DNA from: Mytilus trossulus
Lineage: Eukaryota
Reading direction: 5' to 3'
DNA length: 64,000 nucleotides
NCBI RefSeq assembly: GCF_036588685.1
Contig: NC_086385.1
Coordinates: 12,214,001-12,278,000, forward strand
Position 1 is the first letter of the stretch; the number at the start of each line of letters is the position of its first letter. The position numbers and the translations under genes are program-made. This document shows, in pieces, positions 48,322-61,969 of the stretch. Under the pieces are notes generated by a model. That model was given only the letters and a program-made list of their open reading frames with translations, was not told the DNA's origin and made no database searches.

Positions 48322-50415
48322 ATTACAATGGAACACTCTGTGAAACGTGTCATTTTTGAAAGGAAGATCGAGAACATTTCCTTTTCGAATGCAGACTTTC
48401 CCATCATGTATTTTCTTTGCTAGTCGGCTTTTGGCTAGTGAAACCATTTTATCAGAAAAGTCTATACCATATATTTTACCATTGCCATCTGAAGTAAAGG
48501 AAAAACTAAACATTAACACTAAAAAATGAATTTTTATAGCTGACTATGCGGTTAGGCTTGCTCATTGTTGAAGGCCGTACGGTGACCTATCAATCTAATT
48601 AAAATATTGATCTATACTATGTAGTATAACGTAATCAGAGATCAATATTTTAATTAGATTGGGTGACCTATTGTTGTTAATGTCTGTCATTTTGGTCTTT
48701 TGTGGATAGCTGTCTCACTGGCAATCATACCACATCTTCTTTTCATAATGTTAATATATAAAATTGAGATTAAGAACAAGGGCACATTATATATTATGTA
48801 AACAAAACAATAACGATAGTGTATGAAATAACAAAACTGATAACAAAAATTAAAGAGAGGAATCTTAACCCCAAGCCCCGAGAATTTGACAAAATCAGAT
48901 TTTTCCTCCTTTTTTTTGAATGACCCTGGCCACACTCTTTCTCGGTAAATAACTCATTTATTGAAACAGACACATGTTTCTGGAAAACAAAAGTGTGTCC
49001 ATAGTACATGCATGCTCCACGCCATCTTCCATGTTCATTCACTGCAGACGTGCTGGTTTTGATCATTCCAAGCCATCTGTTAGAATAGTCATCAAAGGTA
49101 CCAGGATTATAATTTAGTACGCCAAACCCGCATTTCGACTACATATGACTCATCAGTGACGCTCAAATTAAAAAAAAATATAAAGCAAAACAAGTACAAA
49201 GTTGAAGTCACGGCATTGATGACCCAAAATTCCGAACCTTGTTCCAAATACAGCTAAGCAATTTCAATTGATTTAGACTTTTTGTGCTGTTTGTTTGTAG
49301 ATTTGTGTTTTGATTGTACTTTTCACTTCACGAATTTGTCACATTGTGGTAGATAACGTCTCGTGTCAATATATTTGTCATATGTCACATATGATGTTTG
49401 TTTTTGTACTGCATTTTCTAAGAAAGACTTTTGTAACATAAAGCGTAATAAGTCAGTCACATTTCTACAAGCTTACCCGTTACATATTTACAAGCAGCTT
49501 CTAGTCCAACTCCTGGTCCGAACCCAACCTCTAAAACATCGTAGTGTGGTTCAATCTGACACAGTTTTACAGCACTTTCTTCTAAAACCACATTTCGTCT
49601 CAAAAAGATATTCTGAATTTGAAAAAAGGTTACAAACAAAGTTGTTGATCATAGGTGCAATTGGTGCCAAGATGTTTAAAAGTTTCAAAATGTTTTGTTC
49701 ATAACCCGATGAAAGATAATGACGTGTGTGTTCTTGAATTGGTCGGGTCGTTGACTCTTTGACATATTCCCCATTTCAATTCTCCATTTTATGAATACTG
49801 AAGCAGCCGACCTGTAAATGTCCATCCTTTCATTAAATACAATCACTTACATATCAAAATGAGTAGTAACCTGGAATAGACATGCAAGTTTACTATGATT
49901 CTGTTATGAATATTAAAATGTGAAGATATGTGTGGATTAATATACATTAATATTTTAACTTAACATCAAGCATGTCATGAATATTTAACCGATTGTACAT
50001 CATATGGAAGATGAAGCAAAAATACCAAAGCTCTCTTGTTGACTTTTATTTTAAAACGATGTTTGGCAATAGGTTGAATTACAATTTTTAAATTTCTCAA
50101 AATAAGTTTTATGCCAGGCTGAAAATTTCAGGCAAAAACTTAATGCCTAGGCGTTAGTTCATTGTCAGGGATTTGAGCGCGATGCCTAATTTTTCTTATT
50201 ATCTAACATATATTTATGGCTGTAAACTACTTGTAGAATCTTTCAAGGGCTCACATACAACTAAGGAAATTCAATCCTTTTTAGCCCACCCAAATTCGTT
50301 CCGAACGGTAAAAACTATGAAGACTGATATATACCTTCGTAACATACCAACCAAAGAAGCCACTTCCAGGTTTCCGCAGATTCTGTGCTAAATATTCTCT
50401 GAAGATATTAGTCAT
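48322..50415 (-). pseudogene. 5' part of the disrupted class I SAM-dependent methyltransferase gene; coding exons 50415-50335, 49612-49477, 48488-48322
   Basis: Canonical GT-AG junctions with phases 0 and 1: MTNIFREYLAQNLRKPGSGFFGWYVTK|NIFLRRN...DVLEVGFGPGVGL (motif I)...VT|DGNGKIYGIDFSDKMV...GNVLDLPFKNDTFHRVFHCN; a TAA is created at the element junction. Confidence 0.9.
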
Positions 50416-50559
50416 CTTCCTGAATATATAAAAGTTTAAATTTATGAACATTGCTATCAGAATAAGAATAAAGAAATTTGCTGAGGTTTTTGATGGGATT
50501 ACTCTTTCACCGACGTTCAACGTGACCACGTCCGTTTTTATTCTGATCAAGAGTTTGAT

Positions 50560-50760
50560 GAGAGGTAGACTCAATTTTCTTCCGCAATATTTAAAATATT
50601 AACGATTTCCCGAGTCCTCGATTGATATCATACCGTCATCTTCAGCAATTTAGATGTGCAAAAGTCGTCATGAGTTATTAAATAACAGTACTGTAATTGA
50701 AGAGTTGTCGCCGTCAATCAGAGATTTGATTGATTTGATTGCAGCAAATGACAGGAGTAT
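50560..50760 (-). mobile_element. Highly degraded Penelope-like RT fragment (tentative)
   Basis: Broken frames give RLL-TSKLLKM-(G)YDINR-LGKSL, resembling the PLE RT C-terminal motif RLLTxKLLKQGY. Confidence 0.3.
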
Positions 50761-52014
50761 AGGTCCGGTAAGGGCCGATGTTGGCCTCAAATTACAGGTT
50801 CATCTGCATGACGAAAGATTTTGGAAACTTTTGAAATACTTACGTAAGTGTCTATTTCAGTTGATTCAATTAGTTTATGTGAAAGATTTTAGTCATTAAG
50901 AACTCTCCGATTCAAGCTTAAAAATGCAAGCCCAAAAACTGTCCCTTTTCAGATGGTTTTTTGTCAAAAATGAAAGTGGCCGCATCCGTGTTCATCTTCA
51001 ACCTTTATGTTATGTATCATCAAATACAACTTACATTTTAAAATTAAGAATAAACACAAATGAGGGCAATTTCATTTAAGACGGAAACCGTCTAAATTTT
51101 ATCTAAAATGCTAAAATTGCATGTGAAGATTTGAGTAATTAAGCATGACTAAATGATGTAAGTACCAGTTAGATGTGCATTGCATTGTCAAAAATATGTT
51201 GCAGAAGCATTCTACTTTCCAATAAATAACTTAGTTTATATTTTAACAATTTTGAAAAATTGCTATATTTTAGGGCCGTAAAGGGGTCTTACTGGACCTA
51301 CTCCTTTGTCGGCTTTTGATTTTACGTAGAAGGAGTAGGCATTTAGGAAATGAATAGGTTGGCTTGGTCACACTAGAAATATATAATTTTAATAATTTAA
51401 CCAGAGGCTCGCCTATGTCCACGTGCATCTTCAACAAAGGAGAGCGATAGCCCGACGATACCAGAGGGACATTCAAACTCCTTCAACAATGGATATTCTA
51501 AAGAACTGCAGACGAGTAAAATGAATGACTTAACTCTTTTTTTGTTGTTAACAGTATCTCCTTATCTTCCATCCCCCCCTAAAAAAAAGAAGAAAAAGTA
51601 AAAGAAATGTCCCTTCGGGGCAACAACTCCCATGAAAAGACCGTGGACAAACACTTTCTTAATGCTGACCCTGTCTTTCTGGACAGTTCCGTATTTTAAA
51701 GTTTCGATCCATCTATTATAGTATAAAATTATACTTAGTATATGGCACCAAAAAACTGTAAAACTCATCATTGTCAAAAGGGCAATAACTCATTATAACT
51801 GTTATAACAAATCGACTGACGATTCATCCATGTTCGAAACATTTGAAGTATACTTTTTCGTGTTGATTATGTCTGCTATTTAACGCGTCTATTTATCTAC
51901 TATAGTTGATCATAGTTTTGATGATATAAACTAACAGGCAATCGCACATAAACATTGAGAAAATCAATTTCAGGGGAGCAAGATTTTGAAAAGGAACAAA
52001 TTGTAAAAAAGATT

Positions 52015-52382
52015 ACCGATGCATGTAACCATTGCAACTAATACTCCCGATTCCTGTAACCATTGTAACCAAGGTTCCCGATGTATGTGACCAATGCAAT
52101 CCTCGTTCCCGATGCATGTCACCATTGCAACTAATAATCCCGATTCCTGTAACCATTGTAACCAAAGTTCCCGATGCATGTAACCATTGCAACTAATACT
52201 CCCGATTCATGTAACCATTGTAACCAAGGTTCCCGATGTATGTAACCGTTGCAATGAAATCCTCATTCCCGATGTATGTAACCATTGCAACTAATACTCC
52301 CGATTCATGTAACCATTGTAACCAAGGTTCCCGATGTATGTAACCGTTGCAATGCAATCCTCATTCCCGATGCATGTAACCT
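52015..52382. repeat. Minisatellite of ~30-bp units (CCGATGCATGTAACCATTGCAAC...) with a 3-unit higher-order period
   Basis: Directly visible tandem array. Confidence 0.9.
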
Positions 52383-52743
52383 TTGTGAAAAGGGATTTAT
52401 AAAAACTTTTGAGTAAATGACGTTAACGGTATTTGTTGTTGCTTGACGATAAAACGTGCGCTTTCTTTTAGACTATGGTAAAAAATTCCACTGGTTTTGA
52501 CTATTTAAAAGTAAGTTATTTTTTCCACAAATAACGGTCTGAGACCTCTGACGAAACTATTTGACGAACTTGTCACGTAACGGCATTTTGACGCTAACGG
52601 TAGCCGAAATGGCTATTTGAACGACTGATGGTAAAGGTCATTACTATCCTTATGAAAGTTCAGTATCATCAAGTTCAGAATATGAATAAAATTTCTATCA
52701 AACCACCGTAACTGACATATATTTTTTTCTTTAATTAGAGAAA

Positions 52744-53013
52744 AGGGAACGACCATTTAACTTCAAGGGCCCGGGGTTATGGTGTTTTTTTCCTGGAATG
52801 AAAAATATTCTGATAACCTCAATTGAATCGAAAAAAAATCTGGTCAAGCAGATTACAAAAACAAATATTCTGCATGCTGATTTTCCCTATACCTAAAATA
52901 TAATATACAATTTTTGAGAAAAAACTGACTCAGAAAAAAAAACATACCCCCCCCCCCCCACACACAGACACCTTTTTTTTTAAACCCTTTTAGAAGTTAA
53001 ATGGTTTTCCCCT
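52744..53013. mobile_element. MITE with ~20-bp imperfect TIR
   Basis: AGGGAACGACCATTTAACTT / AAGTTAAATGGTTTTCCCCT; TSD unclear; a related end lies at ~44613. Confidence 0.55.
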
Positions 53014-53521
53014 CACAAGACAACTGTTGAACATGAATTTATTGATTCACCATGTTCACATTCTGTGCATTTCTAAAATATTTTGACTTTGCACCCGACT
53101 ATTTTTATATAATAAAACAAATCAATTATCATGCTGTATAAAAACTAAACTAATTTTACTCGAGGGTCAAACAAAATTAAAAAAAAATTCCCATTGTTAT
53201 AGTTGTTCTTTTAGTTTTTAATTGTTACAGTAATATGTGTTGTAACAAACCGTGATGCATGAGAAAAACATGGAAAGAGTATTTCTAAACAATGCGGATG
53301 AATTCTACTGATAACCTTTTATTTAATATTGCAGTCATATTTAGTATTTTTTGTTGCAAAATAGATATAATAATGTAGAGAATAATAAAATAAAATATTT
53401 CTCTTGAATAATCATTCATTTTTTAAAGAAAAAGACATCTATAACATGACCATAGAACTATTTTTTAATGTATAATTTGGCCTACAGGTAAATAGGTCAA
53501 GTAACAGGTGCTTGTTTAAAA

Positions 53522-53560
53522 GCGCATGCGTGACAGATTAAATTGAATCGCCATCTTGGA
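53522..53560. promoter_or_regulatory. Candidate promoter motifs (NRF1-like GCGCATGCG, YY1-like CGCCATCTTG)
   Basis: Two metazoan core-promoter motifs within 40 bp, ~3 kb upstream of the first coding exon of the methyltransferase, which has its own splice acceptor. Confidence 0.3.
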
Positions 53561-55122
53561 ATTTGAATGATTCAGTTTTGCTGTAATGTGAAGTTTATTT
53601 CAAGCATTCAAAGATTGTGTTTGTAAACTGAGTATTTCGAAAGCCACCTTTGGTTCAAGGCGGCAGTTATTTTCGGTAGGTACTAAGTAAAGAAGTTACA
53701 CAGACCCATATTTCCTTTCTGACCTATATTTTCTCGAACCAAGTTTTCTCCTTTGTTGACGGTTGGGTGTTCAAATATAACGACTTACTCTGTGCAACAT
53801 AACGAATAATACCGGTTGTTGCATAATTGCACGAACTTGGGGTCGATGGTAAATACCCGTAGTAACCACTATATAAAGTTTGCTACAAAAATGTACTTGC
53901 ATGAAAATAATTTCTAAAAGGGGGAAGTGACAAGTGGACGAAAATTTATGATACATGCTAAGTATGACGCATGAAATCACCGGCGTCAGTAATTTTATAG
54001 CTTTTAATTCATGGTCAAACCTGTGGTCCTATTCAACCAAAAATCGTGATTAGAAGAACAAGGTTCTTAGAGCATGGCAGGTACAACACTGTAAAAGTCT
54101 ATAAAATGATAAATGAAGTCTTGATAGGGCTATTTTATGTTTTGCTTTCGCCTTGGCTTGGCTTTGACTAAAGTGAAGGGTCCTAAGGACAAATATTCTT
54201 AACATCTCGTAACAGTAATTGATTCTGTTTTAAATTTCAACTGAAAGAATGAGCGTTATAAAGTTGCAGGAAGGCGTCTAAGCAAAAAATAAAATAGTCT
54301 TCCTCAGGAAGGCATTGTTATTATTTGGACTCAACAGGTTACCAGGTAGAGTGGGGTGCTCATTTTGCCACATCTTTTCATGTTTTCTACAGTTTATGTT
54401 CCGGTCTAAATTTTTTTGAAGTATACTGATATTTCTATATGAAAATAACTTCAAATGCAAAATATTCTTCGTCTTAAAAACGTGTTTGATTGAACATAAT
54501 CATCTTAAAAGTTAGATTAAAGGGCGTATGAAATTTCCTGATTTTTTGTCAATGGGGGACACATATTCGCCGTTTTTACACATCTATTTAAAACCAAAAA
54601 ACTGCATCTTTAAACAACATTGATCAAATCAATTTCATTATAGATGAATAGCAGACATTTCAAAGGTGTTGAGAACTGAAATTTAGGGCATTCAATCAAA
54701 GAATTACTAAGAAGTACTTCTTTGAATTCATGTTTTTTCTTCAGGAAATTGGCAGAAAATCGCTGTCCGTATATTCTTTTTCAGTATGTGCCGCAATTTT
54801 GTCTCAGTTTAAAAAAAAAAATCGCATTTGTTATATAATATCATTTATCGGTATATGTCTTCCATTTTAACCATCCTTTGAAGTTTTTACACCTCAAAAT
54901 CATAAAACGGCGAAGTTGTGTCCCCGAAGAATATGGGCGCCCCACTCTACTAGCTTTAGAACTATAGCTCTGGTGGATATTTATTGCAATATGCTGACTT
55001 TTACAGCTACAGATCTTAATAAGTTAATATGAATGTTTCAATATTGTTACCCAGTTTCAGATTGGCCTTATAAGACTTCATAAGTTAACATGCATGTTTC
55101 AATATTGTTACCCAGTTTCAGA

Positions 55123-55738
55123 GGTATCATGTCCTTTTGCGCCCAATAGACTTTTTTTGCACCCGACATGTTCGCACCTAAGGTCCGTTCGCATCCAATT
55201 TTAAATAAAATTCCAGTTTAATAATTAGAAAATCAACATTTTTGTTTTCAATTGATTTGATGTAAATACTGAATTCAGCTTGGTATGAGTAAAAAGATTG
55301 AAGATTGTAAATGATTTTAACAGCTTGGCCTACTTGATTCGAAACAATGAAACAAAAAAATCATAGCAATGCCCTTACCAAAACACGATTATTATTTTTT
55401 TAACACAAATAAATACGTTGTCATATTCTCACTTTATTTAGAAACAATGAAATAAAAGTTAGCAATCTGACACTTAACCAAAACAAGATTAAGATTTATT
55501 CAACACAAAAAAAAACATGTTTTCTCACTTTAATTTAGGACAATGACAACAAATATACTTATAGGAATACACTTACCAAAACTTGATTACAAAGTTATTG
55601 AACAAAAAAACAATTAAAATTGGACGCGAACGTGTAGGGTGCGAAAATGAAAGGGGGCAAATGTGATAGGGTGGGAAAGTGAAAGGAGGCGAATGTGATA
55701 GGGTGCAAAAGTGAGAGGGCAGGAACGGACCTGGATTC
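55123..55738. mobile_element. Mutator(MULE)-type MITE inserted in a short tandem repeat
   Basis: 9-bp TSD AGTTTCAGA (55114-55122, 55739-55747); imperfect repetitive TIRs (GTTCGCATCCAATTTTAA / TTAAAATTGGACGCGAAC). Confidence 0.7.
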
Positions 55739-57817
55739 AGTTTCAGACTGGCCTTAGACTTCACAAGTTAATATGAATGTTGCAATATTGTTACCCAGTT
55801 TCAGACTGGCTTTAGACTTCATAAGTAAATAATGAATGTTTCTATATTGTTGCCCAGTTTCAGACTGGCTTTAAATTGAATATTCCATTTCCGGTTCATG
55901 TTTTACCAATGTCAAGTCTACAATATCAGTAATCTCAAAAATATGGTTTTTAATGTAAAAAAAAATTTGGCACAAATAAAACATTTAAGGAAAATACATG
56001 AGGGTAGTACTGCCCTTTGATGTTGGGCCTCAACAGTCATTTCCGGTTACCCTTGGCGTCACAAGGTTAAAATATTACTTGTGTTTAAATTTTTTAATAA
56101 ATTCTATGTTTATTTGGTATTATAATATTTTGAGCGGTTAATAACACTTTCCATACACTATATTTTGGTTAGATAGTGTTGTGCGCGGCACAGTACATTC
56201 TATTGAAAATATACTATTTTCTTTGTAATAGAAAGTGTTGTGCGCAGCACAGAACATTTCAGTACAGAATAAACATGGAATTTATTAAAAATTTCAATAA
56301 AAAGAAATCAAGCAAATTCCATAATTAAAAATAATTACAAGTTCAAATAATAGCCTGTTATATGTTTACCTGTAATAGATTGTAATTTTATGTAACAATA
56401 TTGTACATTCTAATGCAACAATGTTTGTAACATTCATTTTGTCACTTACTTACATGGCATCAATTGACAATTGATGTTATGGGACGTATGCGCAAGCGCA
56501 AACGGCATATGACAGATTTTAAATACATGTTTTATGGTTGTTTTCTGTCAGTTTCATTAGAATAGAGATAACAATATTCGCCAGTAAACTTAATTTGCGA
56601 CCATCAAATCCCCAATTGATTCCGTTGGGGCTTAAAATACAATACAGTTATCTCCTAAGTAACGAGTTGAAAACAGAAGTCCCCTTTCAGTGTTTTTCCA
56701 ACCCTCTTATTTGGGTCCGAATGTATGCCCCTTTCCCAATGAGAAATATGCTCTTTTTCCCAATTTTCAGCTCTAGAATTCTCAATTGTATATAGTTTGT
56801 AAGGTTTTGTTGGTATAGTAATGTGGTATTTTGCTTTAAAATCTCTTGAAATTGTTCACAATTTATGCAATTATAACTCTCAGAATGCAGAATTTTGCTA
56901 GTAATTCTTTAAAATTTGCTTGGGGACCAAGTTGCATGAGGCTGGTGAGAACTAATATATTTTCCGCAAATCCACCATTTCATGGAACTTTTATTCCAAA
57001 TTGCATGGGCCCTAGGCCCCTTCCCTTAAACACTAGGAAAATCACTGTATAAACAGTCATGAAACATGGATTTCAAATGATAAAGAATGGTATATCATAT
57101 GGATGATTATTTCATTACTGTATATGGAGGGTAGTCTTAAAACATATGAGCTAAGATGCTCTGTAGAAACAGCAGTCTGTGCTTAAAACTTTTTGAAGCA
57201 GAGCTACATGTAGTTGAATTAACTAAAGCACCTGACAAATTCAATTACTGTGCCATATTTGCATATATACTAAAAATAATTTCATCATTTGAGTCTTAAC
57301 ATCCAAACTAATATTTACTTGAATTATCACTGTATTAAATATTGAAAAGCAATTAACTAGAAATAACACCATAAAAAGCTTCCTAATATTACCAGCTCTA
57401 GAACACCTGCTAATTTCAAGGATAACCATAAAATTTAGCGATTTTCTGTTGTTTTGTAAGCTGAAAATTCATCAAGTATTTAAATAACACTATAAAAAGT
57501 TTGCTAATAATACTTGCTTTGGAACACCTGTACATGTAACCATCAAATTTGGCATTGTTTTGTCAGCTGAAAGTTCTTCAAGTACATGTACATGTATATA
57601 ATAAAATAGCATCTTTGAATTTTATACAAAAATACAGACTTACTGACTGATTGTACTCTCTGTTGCTTGTAGTCTGTCAGCTATTGCATCCTATCACTGT
57701 AAATATTAATAATATGTACAACATGACATTATTTCACTAAAAATGGGGATATAAGCCTTATATCTTTTAAAGGATTTTTTTAAGTTGAGCAGTGATATAA
57801 AAAAGGGAGATAATTAA

Positions 57818-58537
57818 GGTAGCACAATACAAAGATTTTATAACTCCAACTACCAAGTTTTAAAATGCTGTAACTTTCTTAAAATTGCTTGAAAATTTAT
57901 AAAGGTGGTAGTTTTGGATAGCTAACAGATTACTCTTTCAAATTAATACAATGTTAGCATTATGCAACAATTATGTAACCAATTATAATGTTAACGGTGT
58001 CTAAAATATTTTTCACCAAATTTCCACTTTCAAATGAAATTAGCTTCTGCATAGGTATCCCTAGAGGCTTGATTTTATTATATGTTGTTCCTATGGTCAT
58101 TATCTACAAAAGGGTGTCTCAGATTTCAGATAGAATGTATAGAACAAATTTTGCACCTAATTAAACATTATCTTCTTTTATGTGGTTAGGATGTCTCACT
58201 AATTGGAGATTTATGAGAGAATAGAATACAATAGAGACAATCTGAGACACCCTTTTGAAGCCCATGATGTGTTGATTAAGATTTCATTAAAATTTTCTGT
58301 ATAGTTAGAGATAAAAGAGCTAAATTCATTCAAGTGACCTTACCCAGATTTTGCCACTAATTACATAATAATTGATTACATAATGATTGCATAATAAAAA
58401 TATTACATTCATTTAAAAGATTAATCTTTTATCTATCTATATGTACCTCTTTTATTATTTTCTATGCATTCATAAGAAAGTTACAGCATTTCAAATGTTA
58501 GTGATTTGAAGTAAAAAAATCTTTGTATTGTGCTACC
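57818..58537. mobile_element. Kolobok-type MITE
   Basis: TTAA|GGTAGCACAATACAAAGATTTT ... AAAATCTTTGTATTGTGCTACC|TTAA (22-bp perfect TIR). Confidence 0.85.
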
Positions 58538-59140
58538 TTAATGGAGACATGGTTGAAGTGGAATTTGGGTTATCTTCCCTGTGAAATTTTATGAAAATTT
58601 AACATATTTTAGCTAGAAAATAGTTTATAAAGTATTTGTAAACTATTTTCTAGATAATCCACATTTGATCAAATTAGAGTAGAGTGTAAGGCCATAAAAA
58701 AGATAATGTATGTTTGCCATAACCCCATAGTGAGTGTCTACTCAAATTCTCAAACTAAAACTTATTTGAAACATCTGACACTTCAATTTCTTTTTGTTGA
58801 CAGAAAATGTCTACATTGTTCCTTCCCATTTTCTATACCTTTGGGTAGGGTTTGGGAAAACCAAGATATTTTTAAGTATGGCCTTAAGAAGTATCTACAT
58901 ATCTCATAATGTTATAAAATTGAGAATGGAAATTGGGAATGTGTCAAAGAGACAACAACCCGACCAAATTAAAAAAACAACAGCAGAAGGTCACTAACAG
59001 GTCTTCAATGTAGCGAGAAATGCCCGCACCGGAGGCGTCCATTAGCTGGCCCCTAATCAAATATATACTAGTTCAGTGATAATGAACTCCATACTAATTT
59101 CCAAATTGTACACAAGAAACTAAAATTAAAATAATACAAG

Positions 59141-59647
59141 CATAGATGCCAACCATTACGATTTTTCCGATTTTGCGATACAAACTACGCTATTACGGTC
59201 AAAGTCGAATAGTTACGGATTCCAAATCATCGCCGTTCAATTTTGTAAATCGCAGATTTTTATCATTACTTTTCCGTCCTAGTCCGGTACTTAGAAAACG
59301 ACAATGTAATGTTTCCGGTTTCTCGGGAGTTATCAACCTATTGATGGGAACTAACTGACTTCGGAAGAGGAAAACTTGCATTTTATGAAGTAGCTTTCCC
59401 CCTTTCTCTAGTTCTCCTTGACAAAACGAAAATGTACGAGTCGAGAGCATCTAAACAATTAATGAATGGAATTCATACTACAGACAACATGTTGAACGAC
59501 AAATTTTAGTGCACATCATTTTGCAACCACTTGTCAGTAATTTTTATTGGTAAATGCTAGTTTTTGAATGATTACTGAAAACTTTTCAAAAATACGGAAA
59601 ATTTGATAGATTGTTACTGATTGTCTCAAAAGGGGTTGGCATCTATG
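59141..59647. mobile_element. MITE, 14-bp TIR, 6-bp TSD
   Basis: TACAAG|CATAGATGCCAACC ... GGTTGGCATCTATG|TACAAG; the empty site is visible in the homologous repeat at ~10480-10495. Confidence 0.9.
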
Positions 59648-60337
59648 TACAAGACTAACAAATGTCAGCGGCTCCTGAATTGGGACAGGCGCAAAAATGT
59701 GGAGGGGTTAAACACGTTTGTGAGATCTCAACCCTCCCCCTATGCCTCTAACCAATGAGAAAAGTAAAAGCATAACAATACACACATTAATATTCATTTC
59801 AAGAGAAGTCCCAGTCTGATGTCGGAAGATGTAACCAAAGAAAATAAACAAAATGACAATAATACATAAATAACAACAGACTTCTAGCAGTTAACTGACA
59901 TGCCAGCTCCAGACTCCATTTAAACTGACTGAAAGATTATGATTTCATCATATGAACATCAGGCACAATCCTTCCCGTTAGGGGTTAGGTATCATACCAT
60001 CATAACATATGAGAAGAACATAACCCATGTCATGCCTGTTATTGCCAACAACTGTTTTTAAAGCAATTGCTTTCATGCCGTCGCGTATGGCCATCTTTGT
60101 GACCCAGATCAGAGACTCCGCCCAGATCAAGCCATAGTATTTCGTTAAACAGGCTCCTGGTCTGTCATTCTTAAACACCTATGTATGTTGTCTAATGCAA
60201 TACATAGCTTGAAACTTTTAAAAAACGTTAGTGGATTTAAGAAGTTTCAGCATACGTTCTTGTAGATGTATTTTTGTATTTAGGGGGACAACCGTTTGAC
60301 TATCAAAAAACATAGACGTCCAAGTGAAAAAAATGCA

Positions 60338-61969
60338 TTTTTATACGACCGCAAATTTTGAAAAAATTTTCGTCGTATATTGCTATCACGTTGGCGTAGT
60401 CGTCGTCGTCGTCCGAATACTTTTAGTTTTCGCACTCTAACTTTAGTAAAAGTGAATATAAATCTATAAAATTTTATCACAAGGTTTATGGCCACAAAAG
60501 GAAGGTTGGTATTGATTTTGGGAGTTTTGGTCCCAACATTTTAGGAATTAGGGGCCAAAAAGGGCCCAAATAAGCATTTTCTTGGTTTTCGCACTATAAC
60601 TTTAGTTTAAGTTAATAGAAATCTATGAAATTTTGACACAAGGTTTATGACCATAAAAGGAAGGTTGGTAATGATTTTGGGAGTTTTGGTCCCAACAGTT
60701 TAGGAATAAGGGGCCCAAAGGGTCCAAAATTAAACTTTGTTTGATTTCATCAAAATTGAATAATTGGGGTTCTTTGATATGCTGAATCTAACTATGTATG
60801 TAGATTTTTAACTTTTGTCCCTTTTTCAAATTGGTCTACATTAAGGTCCAAAGGGTCCAAAATTAAACTTCGTTTGATTTTGACAAAAAATTAATCGTTT
60901 GGGTTCTTTGATATGCTGAATCTAAAAATGTACTTAGATTCTTGATTATCGGCCCAGTTTTCAAGTTGGTCCAAATCGGGGTCCAAAATTAAACTTTGTT
61001 TGATTTCATCAAAAATTGAATAAATGGGGTTCTTTGATATGCCAAATCTAACTGTGTATGTAGATTCCTCATTTTTGGTCTTGTTTTCAAATTGGTCTAC
61101 ATTAAAGTCCAAAGGGTCCAAAATTAAACTTAGTTTGATTTTAACAAAAATTGAAATCTTGGGGTTCTTTGATATGCTGAATCCAAACATGTACTTAGAT
61201 TTTTGATTATGGGCCCAGTTTTCAAGTTGATCCAAATCAGGATCTAAAATTATTATATTAAGTTTTGTGCAATAGCAAGTCTTTTCAATTGCACAGTATT
61301 GCGCAATGGCAAGAAATATCTTATTGCAAAATATTGTGAAATAGCAATTTTGTTTTTAATTAGAGTTATCTTTCTTTGTCCAGAATAGTAAGCTAGAAAT
61401 ATCTAATTGTAAGATTTTTTTTTATTTGGAGTTATCTTTCTTTGTCCAGAATCAACTTAAATCTTGGTTATATATACAATATACAATGTTTATTCACTTT
61501 TTACTACCAACTGATAAAATAAAATAATCTTTACCATTCAGTGATAACAAGCAGTTTTTTTACATCTTAATATTTTATGATGTATTTAAATGAGTAGTTA
61601 TTGTTGCAAACTCCCTTAGAAATTTTAATTGAGATTAGTTTTGGAATAAGGGAAAGGGGGATGTGATTAAAAAAATTGGGTTCAATGATCTCATTTGAAA
61701 TTTCATAAATAAAAAAAAAAAATCTTCAAACATTTTTTTGAGAGGATTAATATTCAACAGCATAGTGAATTGCTCTAAGAGAAAACAAAAAAAATAAGTT
61801 CATTAGAACACATTCATTCTGTGTCAGAAACCTATGCTGTGTCAACTATTTAATCACAATCCAAATTTAGAGCTGAATCCAGCTTGAATGTTGTGTCCAT
61901 ACTTGCCCCAACCGTTCAGGGTTCAACATCTGCGGTCGTATAAAGCTTCGCCCTGCGGAGCATCTGGTT
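60338..61969 (+). mobile_element. HINE second family (copy 2)
   Basis: Full-length homologue of 27211-29008 with the same subTIRs and 3' stem-loop. Confidence 0.9.
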
